Under the pieces are notes generated by a model. That model saw only the letters and a list, made by a program, of their open reading frames with translations. It ran no database searches and was not told where the DNA came from. Both the position numbers and the translations under genes were made by a program. Positions 24,474 through 32,697 of a stretch of 41,112 nt of DNA are shown here, in pieces; position 1 is the first letter of the stretch, and each line of letters opens with the position of its first letter. This stretch comes from an uncultured Clostridia bacterium (GTDB lineage: Bacteria > Bacillota > Clostridia > Oscillospirales > Acutalibacteraceae): NCBI GenBank assembly GCA_937897215.1, contig CALCBQ010000049.1:1-41112 (forward strand). The letters are read 5' to 3'.

Positions 24474-25292
24474 TTATTTTACAATAAGGTCTGTTTTAAC
24501 AACAAAATTGTTGAGTGGTGTTCTTGCCTGGTCATAAGAATATGGCTGTTGATGAACAATCGCTTTATATTCTCCTGCCGGGAGTGAACGGGAAATCTTG
24601 AATCTTGAAACTGAATAACCCGGTTGAACAAGCCCTGACTGATAAAGTTTTTCATCAGACTCATCAATAATACCGTTTTCATTACCATCAAGATAAATTG
24701 TGAATACAACAAAGCAGATGCCCTTGTTCTTCTCAGAGTTTGAAAGAATAAAGTTCTGTTCAACCTGACCCGCTTTGAAATTAATCTGAGCAATACCGTT
24801 CATTGTAACATTCTTTGAGCCCATATCTTCAACTTTATCAGGTAAGTCAAGCTCACCTAAACCTTGTTGCTGGTCAGCATCAAGATAATTAGGGTCCGTT
24901 GTGGAAGGTTCATCATCGCCACCACCAATCAACATTCCCAAGCCCGCAATCAAGCCCACAAGAACGAGAAGCCCTAAAACTATCATTGCAACAATGGCTA
25001 TAAGATTATCTTTTTTAACTGCAATAAACGAGCCGGACTCAAGCTCAATATAACCTATTGTTTTATATCTTGCAGAAGTTGTTGACTTGTAAACAATTTC
25101 TTCAATATCATTTGAAGTGATTGTGCCGATTTCATCTTTTCCATAAGCCAACTGACCAACTACACGAATACCACCGTCTGGGTAAAGGGCTTTCATTTCT
25201 TTAACGGTATAACAACCAATTTCAAACCCAGTATCTTTATTATAGTATGACTCTATATAGTCGTTGCCTTGTTTAACATTAAATACTGCCAA
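24474..25292 (-). CDS. Bitopic membrane protein (first gene of the operon)
   Basis: TTG start with AGGAGGG 7 nt upstream. The layout is a ~95-aa N-terminal cytoplasmic domain, one TM helix (IAIVAMIVLGLLVLVGLIAGLGMLIGG), an acidic linker and a ~135-aa extracytoplasmic beta-rich domain ending LPAGEYKAIVHQQPY...VVKTDLIVK. Confidence 0.75.
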   Translation of the reverse strand: MAVFNVKQGNDYIESYYNKDTGFEIGCYTVKEMKALYPDGGIRVVGQLAYGKDEIGTITSNDIEEIVYKSTTSARYKTIGYIELESGSFIAVKKDNLIAIVAMIVLGLLVLVGLIAGLGMLIGGGDDEPSTTDPNYLDADQQQGLGELDLPDKVEDMGSKNVTMNGIAQINFKAGQVEQNFILSNSEKNKGICFVVFTIYLDGNENGIIDESDEKLYQSGLVQPGYSVSRFKISRSLPAGEYKAIVHQQPYSYDQARTPLNNFVVKTDLIVK

Positions 25293-25351
25293 AACAGTAC
25301 CCTCCTAAAAATGAAGATAGCTATAGATAATAATCCTATTATAGATACTAT

Positions 25352-25381
25352 ATTTTACCTCAACACAACACTACTTGTCAA
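25352..25381 (-). promoter_or_regulatory. Candidate sigma-A promoter of the surface-protein operon
   Basis: Minus strand reads TTGACA (25376-25381), an 18-nt spacer, then TAAAAT (25352-25357). A perfect TATAAT lies 9 nt further downstream as an alternative -10. The promoter lies just after the terminator of the upstream operon. Confidence 0.45.
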
Positions 25382-25400
25382 GTATTTTTGAATAAAAAAT

Positions 25401-25440
25401 GAACAGAAAAACCCACGCAAATTCGACAATCTGCGTGGGT
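25401..25440 (-). terminator. Intrinsic terminator after the SPFH gene
   Basis: Minus-strand ACCCACGCA-(12 nt)-TGCGTGGGT followed by TTTTTCTGTTCATTTTTT. Confidence 0.75.
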
Positions 25441-25483
25441 TTTATTAGTTATTAGTCATATTTAGACAATGTGTTTTATTTTT

Positions 25484-26377
25484 TTATTTTTTCACAAGTT
25501 CTGTAAGAGATGTTGCAAGGCCTGCAAGTCCCTGAATTTCTGATGGGATAATAATCTTTGTAGCCTGACCATCAGCTGCTTTTTCGAATGATTCAAGAGC
25601 TTTAATACTGATAAACTCTTTACTTGGATTTACCTTGTTAATCATTTCAATACCTGCTGCAGTTGCTTCCTGAATCTTAAGGATTGCTGCTGCCTCGCCT
25701 TCTGCTTCACGGATTTTTGACTCTTTAACAGCATCAGCACGAAGAATTGCAGATTCTTTTTCGCCTTCTGCAACAAGGATTGCTGCTTTCTTTTCGCCTT
25801 CTGCCTGAAGAATCTTTTCACGGCGTTCACGCTCTGCCTTCATCTGTTTTTCCATTGAATCCTGAATTTCTTTTGGAGGCATAATGTTTTTAAGTTCAAC
25901 ACGATTAATCTTGATGCCCCAAGCGTCTGTTGCTTCGTCAAGTACTGTTGTGATTTTTGAATTGATTACGTCTCTTGATGTAAGAGTTGCGTCAAGTTCC
26001 ATATCACCAATAATATTACGAAGTGTTGTTGCTGTAAGATTTTCAATAGCCATCATTGGTCTTTCAACGCCATAAGTGTAAAGTTTAGGGTCGATAATTC
26101 TGTAGAAAACAACTGTATCAATTGACATTGTAACATTATCTTTTGTAATAACGGGCTGTGGTGGGAAATCCACAACCGCTTCTTTAAGGCTTACTCTTTT
26201 TGCTACTCTGTCAATAATAGGGATTTTTACGTGAATACCTGTATCCCATGTTGTGTGGTATGCACCAAGGCGCTCAATAACATAAGCATTTGCCTGTGGT
26301 ACGATGATTACGTTTTTAATGATGATTGCAATTACAAGCACTGCGATGATAATAAAAGGTGTAATAATAAATTCCAT
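25484..26377 (-). CDS. SPFH/Band-7 (stomatin/prohibitin-like) membrane protein
   Basis: N-terminal TM helix followed by an SPFH core (VIERLGAYHTTWDTGIHVKIPIIDRV...VVFYRIIDPKLYTYGV) and an Ala/Glu/Lys coiled-coil tail. AAAGGAG Shine-Dalgarno. Confidence 0.92.
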   Translation of the reverse strand: MEFIITPFIIIAVLVIAIIIKNVIIVPQANAYVIERLGAYHTTWDTGIHVKIPIIDRVAKRVSLKEAVVDFPPQPVITKDNVTMSIDTVVFYRIIDPKLYTYGVERPMMAIENLTATTLRNIIGDMELDATLTSRDVINSKITTVLDEATDAWGIKINRVELKNIMPPKEIQDSMEKQMKAERERREKILQAEGEKKAAILVAEGEKESAILRADAVKESKIREAEGEAAAILKIQEATAAGIEMINKVNPSKEFISIKALESFEKAADGQATKIIIPSEIQGLAGLATSLTELVKK

Positions 26378-26400
26378 AATTTTTCTCCTTTAATAAATAA

Positions 26401-26847
26401 TTATTTAGTTATAACGAGCGTTGTTCCCTCAACGCTTATTATTTTAACTGATTGGTCTTTTTCTATTTTTTCGCCATTTTGAGTTTTTGCTTTCCAATAA
26501 ATGTCGCCTACAAGCACTTTACCATTAAGCCCATCTGTTTCTTCTGTAGTTTTACCGTATTTACCGATAAGCTTACTATCTGCACTGACTTCGTCTTTAT
26601 CTTTTTTTATGTATTTCTTGTAAACCTTACGAGAAATAATCATAGCAATTATGCTTAGTATTACAAAGACGAGCACCTGAACAAGAAAACTATCAACTAC
26701 TAAAGACACAAGACAAGTAAGAAGCGCTGCAGGTACAAACCATATTGATACAAGTGCCGCCGTTGAAAGTTCAATTATAAGCGCTACAACACCCACGGCA
26801 ACCCACAATGCCCAAAGATTTTCAAAAAAGAATTCCAACTCTTTCAC
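26401..26847 (-). CDS. NfeD-family membrane protein
   Basis: Multi-TM N-terminus plus a C-terminal OB-fold (GKVLVGDIYWKAKTQNGEKIEKDQSVKIISVEGTTLVITK), immediately upstream of the SPFH gene (the classical NfeD-SPFH pair). The ORF-track start is GTG. An in-frame TTG at 26838 has better AAGGAG spacing. Confidence 0.85.
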   Translation of the reverse strand: MKELEFFFENLWALWVAVGVVALIIELSTAALVSIWFVPAALLTCLVSLVVDSFLVQVLVFVILSIIAMIISRKVYKKYIKKDKDEVSADSKLIGKYGKTTEETDGLNGKVLVGDIYWKAKTQNGEKIEKDQSVKIISVEGTTLVITK

Positions 26848-26851
26848 TCCT

Positions 26852-27187
26852 TTACTTAATTACATATTTGTAAAGTGCGTTCATAACAGTATCTTCAAAA
26901 CTGCCTGATGCACCCCAGTCAAATCTTAACAAGCCTTGACCTCCACCACCACTTACAACGTGAATGTGTGTTTTGCCTCGAAGATTGTCAGCAACAACTG
27001 TAAGTGTAAGTCGATTGCCTGCGCGATAATAATGCTTTTCATAAACTGAAACCGTAAGTTTTGTACCGTTACCCATATCACTTACATATTCGTCGATTTT
27101 TTGACCTGTGATTGAGCCGTTTATAACTGCTTTATCAATAAGGTCAATTGCCTCATCAGGCGGAACTGATACATAAAAATCTGTCAT
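26852..27187 (-). CDS. Small soluble hypothetical protein (112 aa)
   Basis: ORF beginning MTDFYVSVPPDEAIDLIDKAV, with GAGGTG 5 nt upstream of the ATG at 27187. The longer ORF-track start would overlap the upstream gene by 32 nt. Family not recognised with confidence. Confidence 0.65.
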   Translation of the reverse strand: MTDFYVSVPPDEAIDLIDKAVINGSITGQKIDEYVSDMGNGTKLTVSVYEKHYYRAGNRLTLTVVADNLRGKTHIHVVSGGGGQGLLRFDWGASGSFEDTVMNALYKYVIK

Positions 27188-27200
27188 ATCTGCACCTCGC

Positions 27201-27761
27201 TTAAAGTAATTGAACAAACGCTTTTTGTGCAAGTTCTTTCATTTGTGTTGCAAGTATTGCAAGCACCATTGCTCTAAGTGCTGTTCTCAGTTTTTTCTGG
27301 GAAACACCATCGCTGATTTTTGCGTGTTCAAGACGATTATCAATAACACGGTCAAGATATTCTGTATCTGCAACAGCATTCTGTTGACACGTATAAATTA
27401 TACTACACAGAATATTGAATAATTCTCTGTCCGGCAAAATGTCGTCTGAACGGTCTTCTACTGACCCATTGATGTAACTCATCAGAAATGCGATTTGTTC
27501 AAGTTGCATTGAGCCACGCATCATATTTATAAGAATAATGCGCATTACTTGTTCTTCGCCGTAGCGTTTGCCTTCAGGATTTTTTACCCAGCCACGCTTT
27601 ACCCAATTCTGAATTGTTGAGGCTTCAAGCCCTGTAAGTTCTCTGACCTGTGCCAAGGTTAAGCCTTTTGTAACTGTCAACAGTGGAGCTATGACAGAAT
27701 AACAATTATCTGCCGCAACACTGTTAAAGTTCAGTACTGTACCTGGTATTAATTCCAACAT
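27201..27761 (-). CDS. MerR-like HTH / DUF1836-like protein
   Basis: LTLAQVRELTGLEASTIQNWVKRGWVKNPEGKRYGEEQVMRIILINMMRGSMQLEQIAFLM resembles the DUF1836 HTH pattern. First gene of the HTH-small-NfeD-SPFH unit. GGGAGGTGGAG Shine-Dalgarno. Confidence 0.65.
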   Translation of the reverse strand: MLELIPGTVLNFNSVAADNCYSVIAPLLTVTKGLTLAQVRELTGLEASTIQNWVKRGWVKNPEGKRYGEEQVMRIILINMMRGSMQLEQIAFLMSYINGSVEDRSDDILPDRELFNILCSIIYTCQQNAVADTEYLDRVIDNRLEHAKISDGVSQKKLRTALRAMVLAILATQMKELAQKAFVQLL

Positions 27762-27779
27762 ACTCCACCTCCCTTATGT

Positions 27780-27799
27780 TGTGATATGATTATATCACA
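27780..27799. promoter_or_regulatory. Perfect 8+8 palindrome overlapping a -10-like TATAAT, upstream of the HTH gene
   Basis: TGTGATAT-gat-TATATCACA on the plus strand; the minus strand reads TGTGATATAATCATATCACA. It lies 18 nt upstream of the ATG at 27761 and is a candidate autoregulatory operator. Confidence 0.4.
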
Positions 27800-27943
27800 G
27801 GTTCAAACGAACTTCAAGTGTGTTTTTATGACTTTTTTGTCATGTTTTTAATATTTTTGAGGCGCAGTTTGTATTTTTCTCTTTATTTCACACTTTTTCT
27901 TTATTTTTTATATTTTTTTCTCGATTTTTATAAGAAAACCCAC

Positions 27944-27970
27944 AAAAAACGGCGGGGTCAAGACCCCGCC
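27944..27970 (-). terminator. Intrinsic terminator after the MATE gene
   Basis: Minus-strand GGCGGGGTC-tt-GACCCCGCC followed by GTTTTTTGTGGGTTTTC. Confidence 0.75.
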
Positions 27971-28001
27971 TTACTAATAGTTATAAAAATTTGTGATTTA
28001 A

Positions 28002-29366
28002 CTACATCATTATATCTTTCATTTTTTCTTTTGCATTTTTCAATGTTTTCTTTAAGAAAATTGAACTCAAAACAAGTGATACACTCTCTGCTATTGGGAA
28101 CGCAAACCACACAAGTTCAAGACGACCAGTCAGTGAAAGAAGCCATGCTGCAGGAAGCAACACTACCAACTGACGACAAACAGAAACCAACAAACTGTGG
28201 TTAGGATTACCGATTGCTTGACAAACAGAGCCCGCAATAATACAGAATCCTGCAAAAATAAGGTGTATTCCGATAATTCTTAGTGCCGGTACACCTATCT
28301 GGAGCATACCTTCTGAAGCGTTAAAGAATCCGAGAAGAATGTGTGGTATAAACTCAAATGCTAACAATCCTACAAACATAATTGAAATTGCAGTAACAAT
28401 TGTAATTGTGATTGTCTTTTTTACTCGTTCGAATTTTTTTGCACCGTAGTTGTATGCAATTATCGGCACCATACCATTGTTGAGCCCGAAAATTGGCATA
28501 AAGATAAAACTCTGCAACTTGAAATATGCACCAAAAACTGCGGTTGCAGTTGTTGTGAATGCAATAAGGATTTTATTAAGACAGAATGTCATAACAGAAC
28601 CGATTGACTGCATTACGATTGACGGAAGACCGATTTTATAAATTTCTTTTACAAACTCTTTATTAAAGCGGATTAACTTGAAACTTATATGAACATCTTT
28701 ATTGAATTTAAGATTGAAAATGATTGCTGCAAGACCTGCCGTAATCTGCCCTGCAATTGTTGCTATTGCTGCACCTGCAACTTCAAGTTTTGGGAAACCA
28801 AACAATCCAAAAATCAAGATAGGATCAAGAATAATATTAACGATTGTACCAATAAGATGTGTAATCATTGTGCAGAATGTTCTGCCTGTTGCCTGAAGCA
28901 TTTTTTCAAAACAGAATTGGGCAAAAATACCTACCGCACCACACATACAGATTGTTGCATAGTCTGTACCATATTTTACAATTTCTTCTACATCTGTCTG
29001 TGCTAAAAAGAACGGCTTTGAAAAGAAAAATCCAATCAAAGCAAAAACTACATAACTGCAAGCGAATAAGAAAATACCCGTATTTGCAATTTTGTTTGCC
29101 TTGTCAAATTCTTTTGCACCGAGCGCGCGGGATAAAAGCGCATTCATACCTACTGCAGTACCGCCACACACCGCAATCATAAGTTGCTGCAATGGGAACG
29201 CAAGCGAAACTGCATTCAATGCATTTTCACTTAACTGAGCAACAAATATACTGTCAATAATGTTATAACATGCCTGAATAACCATTGAAAGCATCATTGG
29301 TGCAGACATTGAAAACAACAATTTCCCTATAGGCATTACACCCATTTTGTTTTCTTTTTCACTCAT
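28002..29366 (-). CDS. MATE-family efflux transporter
   Basis: 454 aa with 12 predicted TM segments and MATE-type motifs (PIGKLLFSMSAPMMLSMVIQACYNIIDSIFV...; second-half repeat YKIGLPSIVMQSIGSV). Confidence 0.92.
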   Translation of the reverse strand: MSEKENKMGVMPIGKLLFSMSAPMMLSMVIQACYNIIDSIFVAQLSENALNAVSLAFPLQQLMIAVCGGTAVGMNALLSRALGAKEFDKANKIANTGIFLFACSYVVFALIGFFFSKPFFLAQTDVEEIVKYGTDYATICMCGAVGIFAQFCFEKMLQATGRTFCTMITHLIGTIVNIILDPILIFGLFGFPKLEVAGAAIATIAGQITAGLAAIIFNLKFNKDVHISFKLIRFNKEFVKEIYKIGLPSIVMQSIGSVMTFCLNKILIAFTTTATAVFGAYFKLQSFIFMPIFGLNNGMVPIIAYNYGAKKFERVKKTITITIVTAISIMFVGLLAFEFIPHILLGFFNASEGMLQIGVPALRIIGIHLIFAGFCIIAGSVCQAIGNPNHSLLVSVCRQLVVLLPAAWLLSLTGRLELVWFAFPIAESVSLVLSSIFLKKTLKNAKEKMKDIMM

Positions 29367-29380
29367 TTTTTACATCCTTA

Positions 29381-29417
29381 AAACACAAAAACAAACCGTA
29401 CTTAGTGTACGGTTTGT
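29381..29417 (-). terminator. Intrinsic terminator after the BY-kinase gene
   Basis: Minus-strand ACAAACCGTAC-actaa-GTACGGTTTGT followed by TTTTGTGTTTT. Confidence 0.7.
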
Positions 29418-29431
29418 AACTTTTTATTTAA

Positions 29432-30946
29432 TTATTTCTTACTCTTTTTTTCGCTACCTGAACCATAGCCATATCCATAGCCGTAACCGTAACCATAACC
29501 GTATCCGTAGCCATAACCCTTCTTGCTCTTTCTTGAAGTCTTAAGGAATTTATTTGCTACACTTACTTCTGTGCCGTTGTAGATACAACCAACAACCTCT
29601 TTACCTGTTGCACTCATATCTTCAATTGCTTTCTTGATACGGCGAATTGGAGAATGGTCATTACGAACAACTACCATACAAGCATCTGCATACTGAGTTA
29701 CGATTGCCGCGTCAGCAACAAGGCCTGCCGGCGGAGTATCGATAATAACATAATCAAACTCATTCTTAACTGCTTCAATTATTTCTGCAGCTTCATCAGA
29801 AGCAAGAAGTTCTGCAGAGTCGTTAACCGGTTGACTTGAAATAAGAAGGAACAAGTTGAACTTTTCAAAATACTTGATTGATTCGCTAAGTGATTTTTCG
29901 CCACGCACTACGCCTGCAAGACCTGATTCGTTAACTGCAGAAACACCCAATGTTTTGTAAACTGATGGTTTACGAAGGTCGGCATCAATAAGCAATACTG
30001 ATTTACCGTTCTGTGCAAGAGCCAATGCAGTATTTGTTGAAATTGTTGTTTTACCTTCATTTTCAGAAGCACTTGTAATTGTGAATACTTTATAATTCTG
30101 ACGCTTTGCAACGTTTTCAATCTTAGTACGAATAAGCTTAAATGCTTCAATGAACATAAAGCCATTCTTTCTGTCTGTAATAAGAATATTCTGTTTTTCG
30201 GCATCTTTACCTGACTTTTTAATACTGATAATTGAGCCAAGAACCTTGCTGCCAAGTTTCTTTGTAATATCGTCAGATGCTTTAACTGTATCTTTAATAA
30301 AGATGATAAGACAGATTGCAAGAACAACCATACCTGCGCCTGCAACAAAGCCCAATAATGTATAAAGAAGTGTTGTGTTGTTAGCATTTGCTTTTTCAGG
30401 TTTTACAGGAGGGTCAATAAGAATAGCACGAGTACTCTGGTATGCCTTTTCTGTAATCTGGCTATAGTTATTAACATAACTTGTTGCAACCGCATAAGAA
30501 ACATCAGGGTCAGATGATGTAATAGAAAGTGCAATGATAGCAGTATCTTCCATAAGAGTTGAACTTACCATTCTCTTAACATCGCCACCTGAAAGGGCTT
30601 TACCATTTACTTTGTAGCCACTGTTTTGTGCAACAATTTCCATAAGACTGTTTGTTTCAGTCATAATATACTGATAGTTTTTAGCAAGGTTAACACCTGC
30701 ACTGATATCAGAAGCAGACTGACCTGAAGTAATTGTGTTTTCGCCCTTGTTATCAATAACAAAACGCATTGTACATGTGTAAGATGGTACATAATTGAGT
30801 TTTGCAACACCAAAACCAATACCTGCACAAACAACAGCAGCAATTGCAATAATCCACCATTTTTGAATAATTCGTACTGCATATTGAGTTATGGTCTGAA
30901 AATCAATACCTTCTTCAACCTGATTCATTTTAGAATTGTATTCCAT
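29432..30946 (-). CDS. Fused Wzz/CpsC-type chain-length determinant and CpsD-type tyrosine autokinase (BY-kinase) with (GY)9 tail
   Basis: N-terminal Wzz domain with two TM helices. Walker A ITSASENEGKTT, Walker A' LLIDADLRKP, Walker B VIIDTPP. The C-terminus is KKGY x9 GSGSEKKSKK. I prefer the ATG at 30946 (AGGAG 8 nt upstream) over the GTG at 30964. Confidence 0.9.
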   Translation of the reverse strand: MEYNSKMNQVEEGIDFQTITQYAVRIIQKWWIIAIAAVVCAGIGFGVAKLNYVPSYTCTMRFVIDNKGENTITSGQSASDISAGVNLAKNYQYIMTETNSLMEIVAQNSGYKVNGKALSGGDVKRMVSSTLMEDTAIIALSITSSDPDVSYAVATSYVNNYSQITEKAYQSTRAILIDPPVKPEKANANNTTLLYTLLGFVAGAGMVVLAICLIIFIKDTVKASDDITKKLGSKVLGSIISIKKSGKDAEKQNILITDRKNGFMFIEAFKLIRTKIENVAKRQNYKVFTITSASENEGKTTISTNTALALAQNGKSVLLIDADLRKPSVYKTLGVSAVNESGLAGVVRGEKSLSESIKYFEKFNLFLLISSQPVNDSAELLASDEAAEIIEAVKNEFDYVIIDTPPAGLVADAAIVTQYADACMVVVRNDHSPIRRIKKAIEDMSATGKEVVGCIYNGTEVSVANKFLKTSRKSKKGYGYGYGYGYGYGYGYGYGSGSEKKSKK

Positions 30947-31044
30947 ATTTAATGCTCCTATCACATAAATTCCCAGAATATTTATTTAATTCAATTCATT
31001 ATATCAAAGCAATTTGTTTTATGCAATCTTTTTTTAGAAATAAT

Positions 31045-32688
31045 TCAACTTTCCTGAACTTTTCCGTTTAAAACCGTAATTTCATAATCGCAATTAAACA
31101 AAACTGACTCTCTGTGTGTAATAAACAATACTGTAATATCTTTTCTTGCTTTAAGATTTTCAATGAGTTTCTTTTCACTTTCGCTGTCAAGGGCACTTGT
31201 TGATTCATCCATAAGAAGAATTTTTCCGTTACCTAACAACGCTCTTGCAACCGCAAGTCGTTGTGCCTGACCTTCAGAAATTCCGCCACCGTCTTCACTT
31301 AATACGAAATCAAGGCCACCGTCAATATCATAAACAAATTCAGCACAAGCATCTGAAAGTGCTTTATGAATTTCTTCTTCAGTTGCTTGCGGATTCAACA
31401 TTGTAACATTTTCTCTTATTGTACCACTGAAAAGCATATTTCCCTGTGGCACAACTGAGAACAAGTGTCTTGTTTTCTGACAAGCATAATCGCCTTTTTC
31501 GGTTTCTATAGAAATGCTACCCTCGTCTGCCGAATAAAGACCTGTAATCAATTTAAATATTGTGGATTTACCCGCCCCTGAAGGACCTTTAATACCTACA
31601 AAATCGCCTTTGTTTACAGAGAAACTTATATCTGAAATAACTTTTTCGTCCGCATAGCCAAAACTGATATTCTCTGCTTTGATTTTTTTGAAATCTTCGT
31701 ATGACACGCTGTAATCGCACTGCGAATCGTCTTTTTCGATTTCAGAAATTTCCATAAGTCGTTGTGCTGATGCAATCATAGCATAAAACGATGGCAACAC
31801 GCTTGTTACACCCATAACGGGAGATTGCAACTGATTTACAAGCTGAATAATTGCAATAACTGTACCAAATGTCATCATACCATTAAGCACACCATAGGCG
31901 CCGTATGAAACCGCCGCTAAAAAGCCTGTGGCAAAGGCAAGAGAAAAACTGATTGTTGCAAGAATTGAAAAACTCTTTTTTCTTACCTTTTCACGATAGA
32001 ATTTTTTCTGTTGTTTTTGCGAGCGTTTTATAATTTTTTCTTCTATGCCGAAAACTTTAACAGCAAAAAGATTTTCAAGCATTTCTTGCATAAACGAGCG
32101 AACTCTTGCATCTCTTTTCTGCACGGCAAGATGTAAACTCTTAAGTTTCTTTCTGAAAAGTGCTGCTACGAAAATTAATATTGTTCCGCAGACTATAAAT
32201 ATAAGGGCAAAGCGTTTATCTAAAGTCCAAAGAGCAATCGCCGCACTTATAATTCTAACAAGATATCCCACCAAAGTAGGTAAAATGTGAATGTAACTAT
32301 CACTGACAACTGTAACATCCGCAGTAAGTCGCGCCATAAGGTCGCCACTATGACGCTCATTTACATTTGCGTATTTACTATAAATTATGTTGCTGAAAAC
32401 ATTGGTTTTTAATCGGATTTCAGATTTACCCTGACCGATTGCTTCAACAAACGAAGCAACAACGCGAGCAATAATCTGAGATATAATCAAAAAGCAAAGG
32501 ATTAACGCGTTTTTGAAAAGTGCGTCTGCATCTTTGTTTTGTGCGTTATCCATTACGATTTTAGAAAACATTGCAAACAAAGTTACGCACACAGCAGACC
32601 AGGCGTTGAGTACCACAAGCACTACACCTTCTGCTCTGCGTTTTTCGCAGTTGTTATAAATCCATTTTAAAACTGCTGTATCTTTCAT
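31045..32688 (-). CDS. ABC exporter, fused permease/ATPase (no peptidase domain)
   Basis: Six-TM domain followed by an NBD with GPSGAGKST (Walker A), ISEGQAQRLAVARAL (signature) and ILLMDESTSALD (Walker B). Confidence 0.92.
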   Translation of the reverse strand: MKDTAVLKWIYNNCEKRRAEGVVLVVLNAWSAVCVTLFAMFSKIVMDNAQNKDADALFKNALILCFLIISQIIARVVASFVEAIGQGKSEIRLKTNVFSNIIYSKYANVNERHSGDLMARLTADVTVVSDSYIHILPTLVGYLVRIISAAIALWTLDKRFALIFIVCGTILIFVAALFRKKLKSLHLAVQKRDARVRSFMQEMLENLFAVKVFGIEEKIIKRSQKQQKKFYREKVRKKSFSILATISFSLAFATGFLAAVSYGAYGVLNGMMTFGTVIAIIQLVNQLQSPVMGVTSVLPSFYAMIASAQRLMEISEIEKDDSQCDYSVSYEDFKKIKAENISFGYADEKVISDISFSVNKGDFVGIKGPSGAGKSTIFKLITGLYSADEGSISIETEKGDYACQKTRHLFSVVPQGNMLFSGTIRENVTMLNPQATEEEIHKALSDACAEFVYDIDGGLDFVLSEDGGGISEGQAQRLAVARALLGNGKILLMDESTSALDSESEKKLIENLKARKDITVLFITHRESVLFNCDYEITVLNGKVQES

Positions 32689-32697
32689 TTTCTCGCC

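Noticed and set aside
14666-25292. Sortase-assembled Gram-positive pilus locus
   Set aside because: No sortase gene is present. There is no LPXTG-like C-terminal signal on the small proteins or the giant; they end right after the last beta-strand. I see no pilin-motif Lys or E-box.
27818-28204. 128-aa plus-strand ORF in the gap between the MATE gene and the HTH gene
   Set aside because: Its low-complexity Phe/Leu/Tyr translation derives from T-rich intergenic DNA. It runs through the MATE terminator and into the MATE gene antisense.
29465-29518. The (GY)9-coding repeat as a slippage-prone microsatellite or phase-variation switch
   Set aside because: Synonymous codons are interleaved (GGT/GGC/GGA and TAT/TAC), so no perfect repeat longer than a few nt exists. 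The unit length of 6 nt would also keep the frame.
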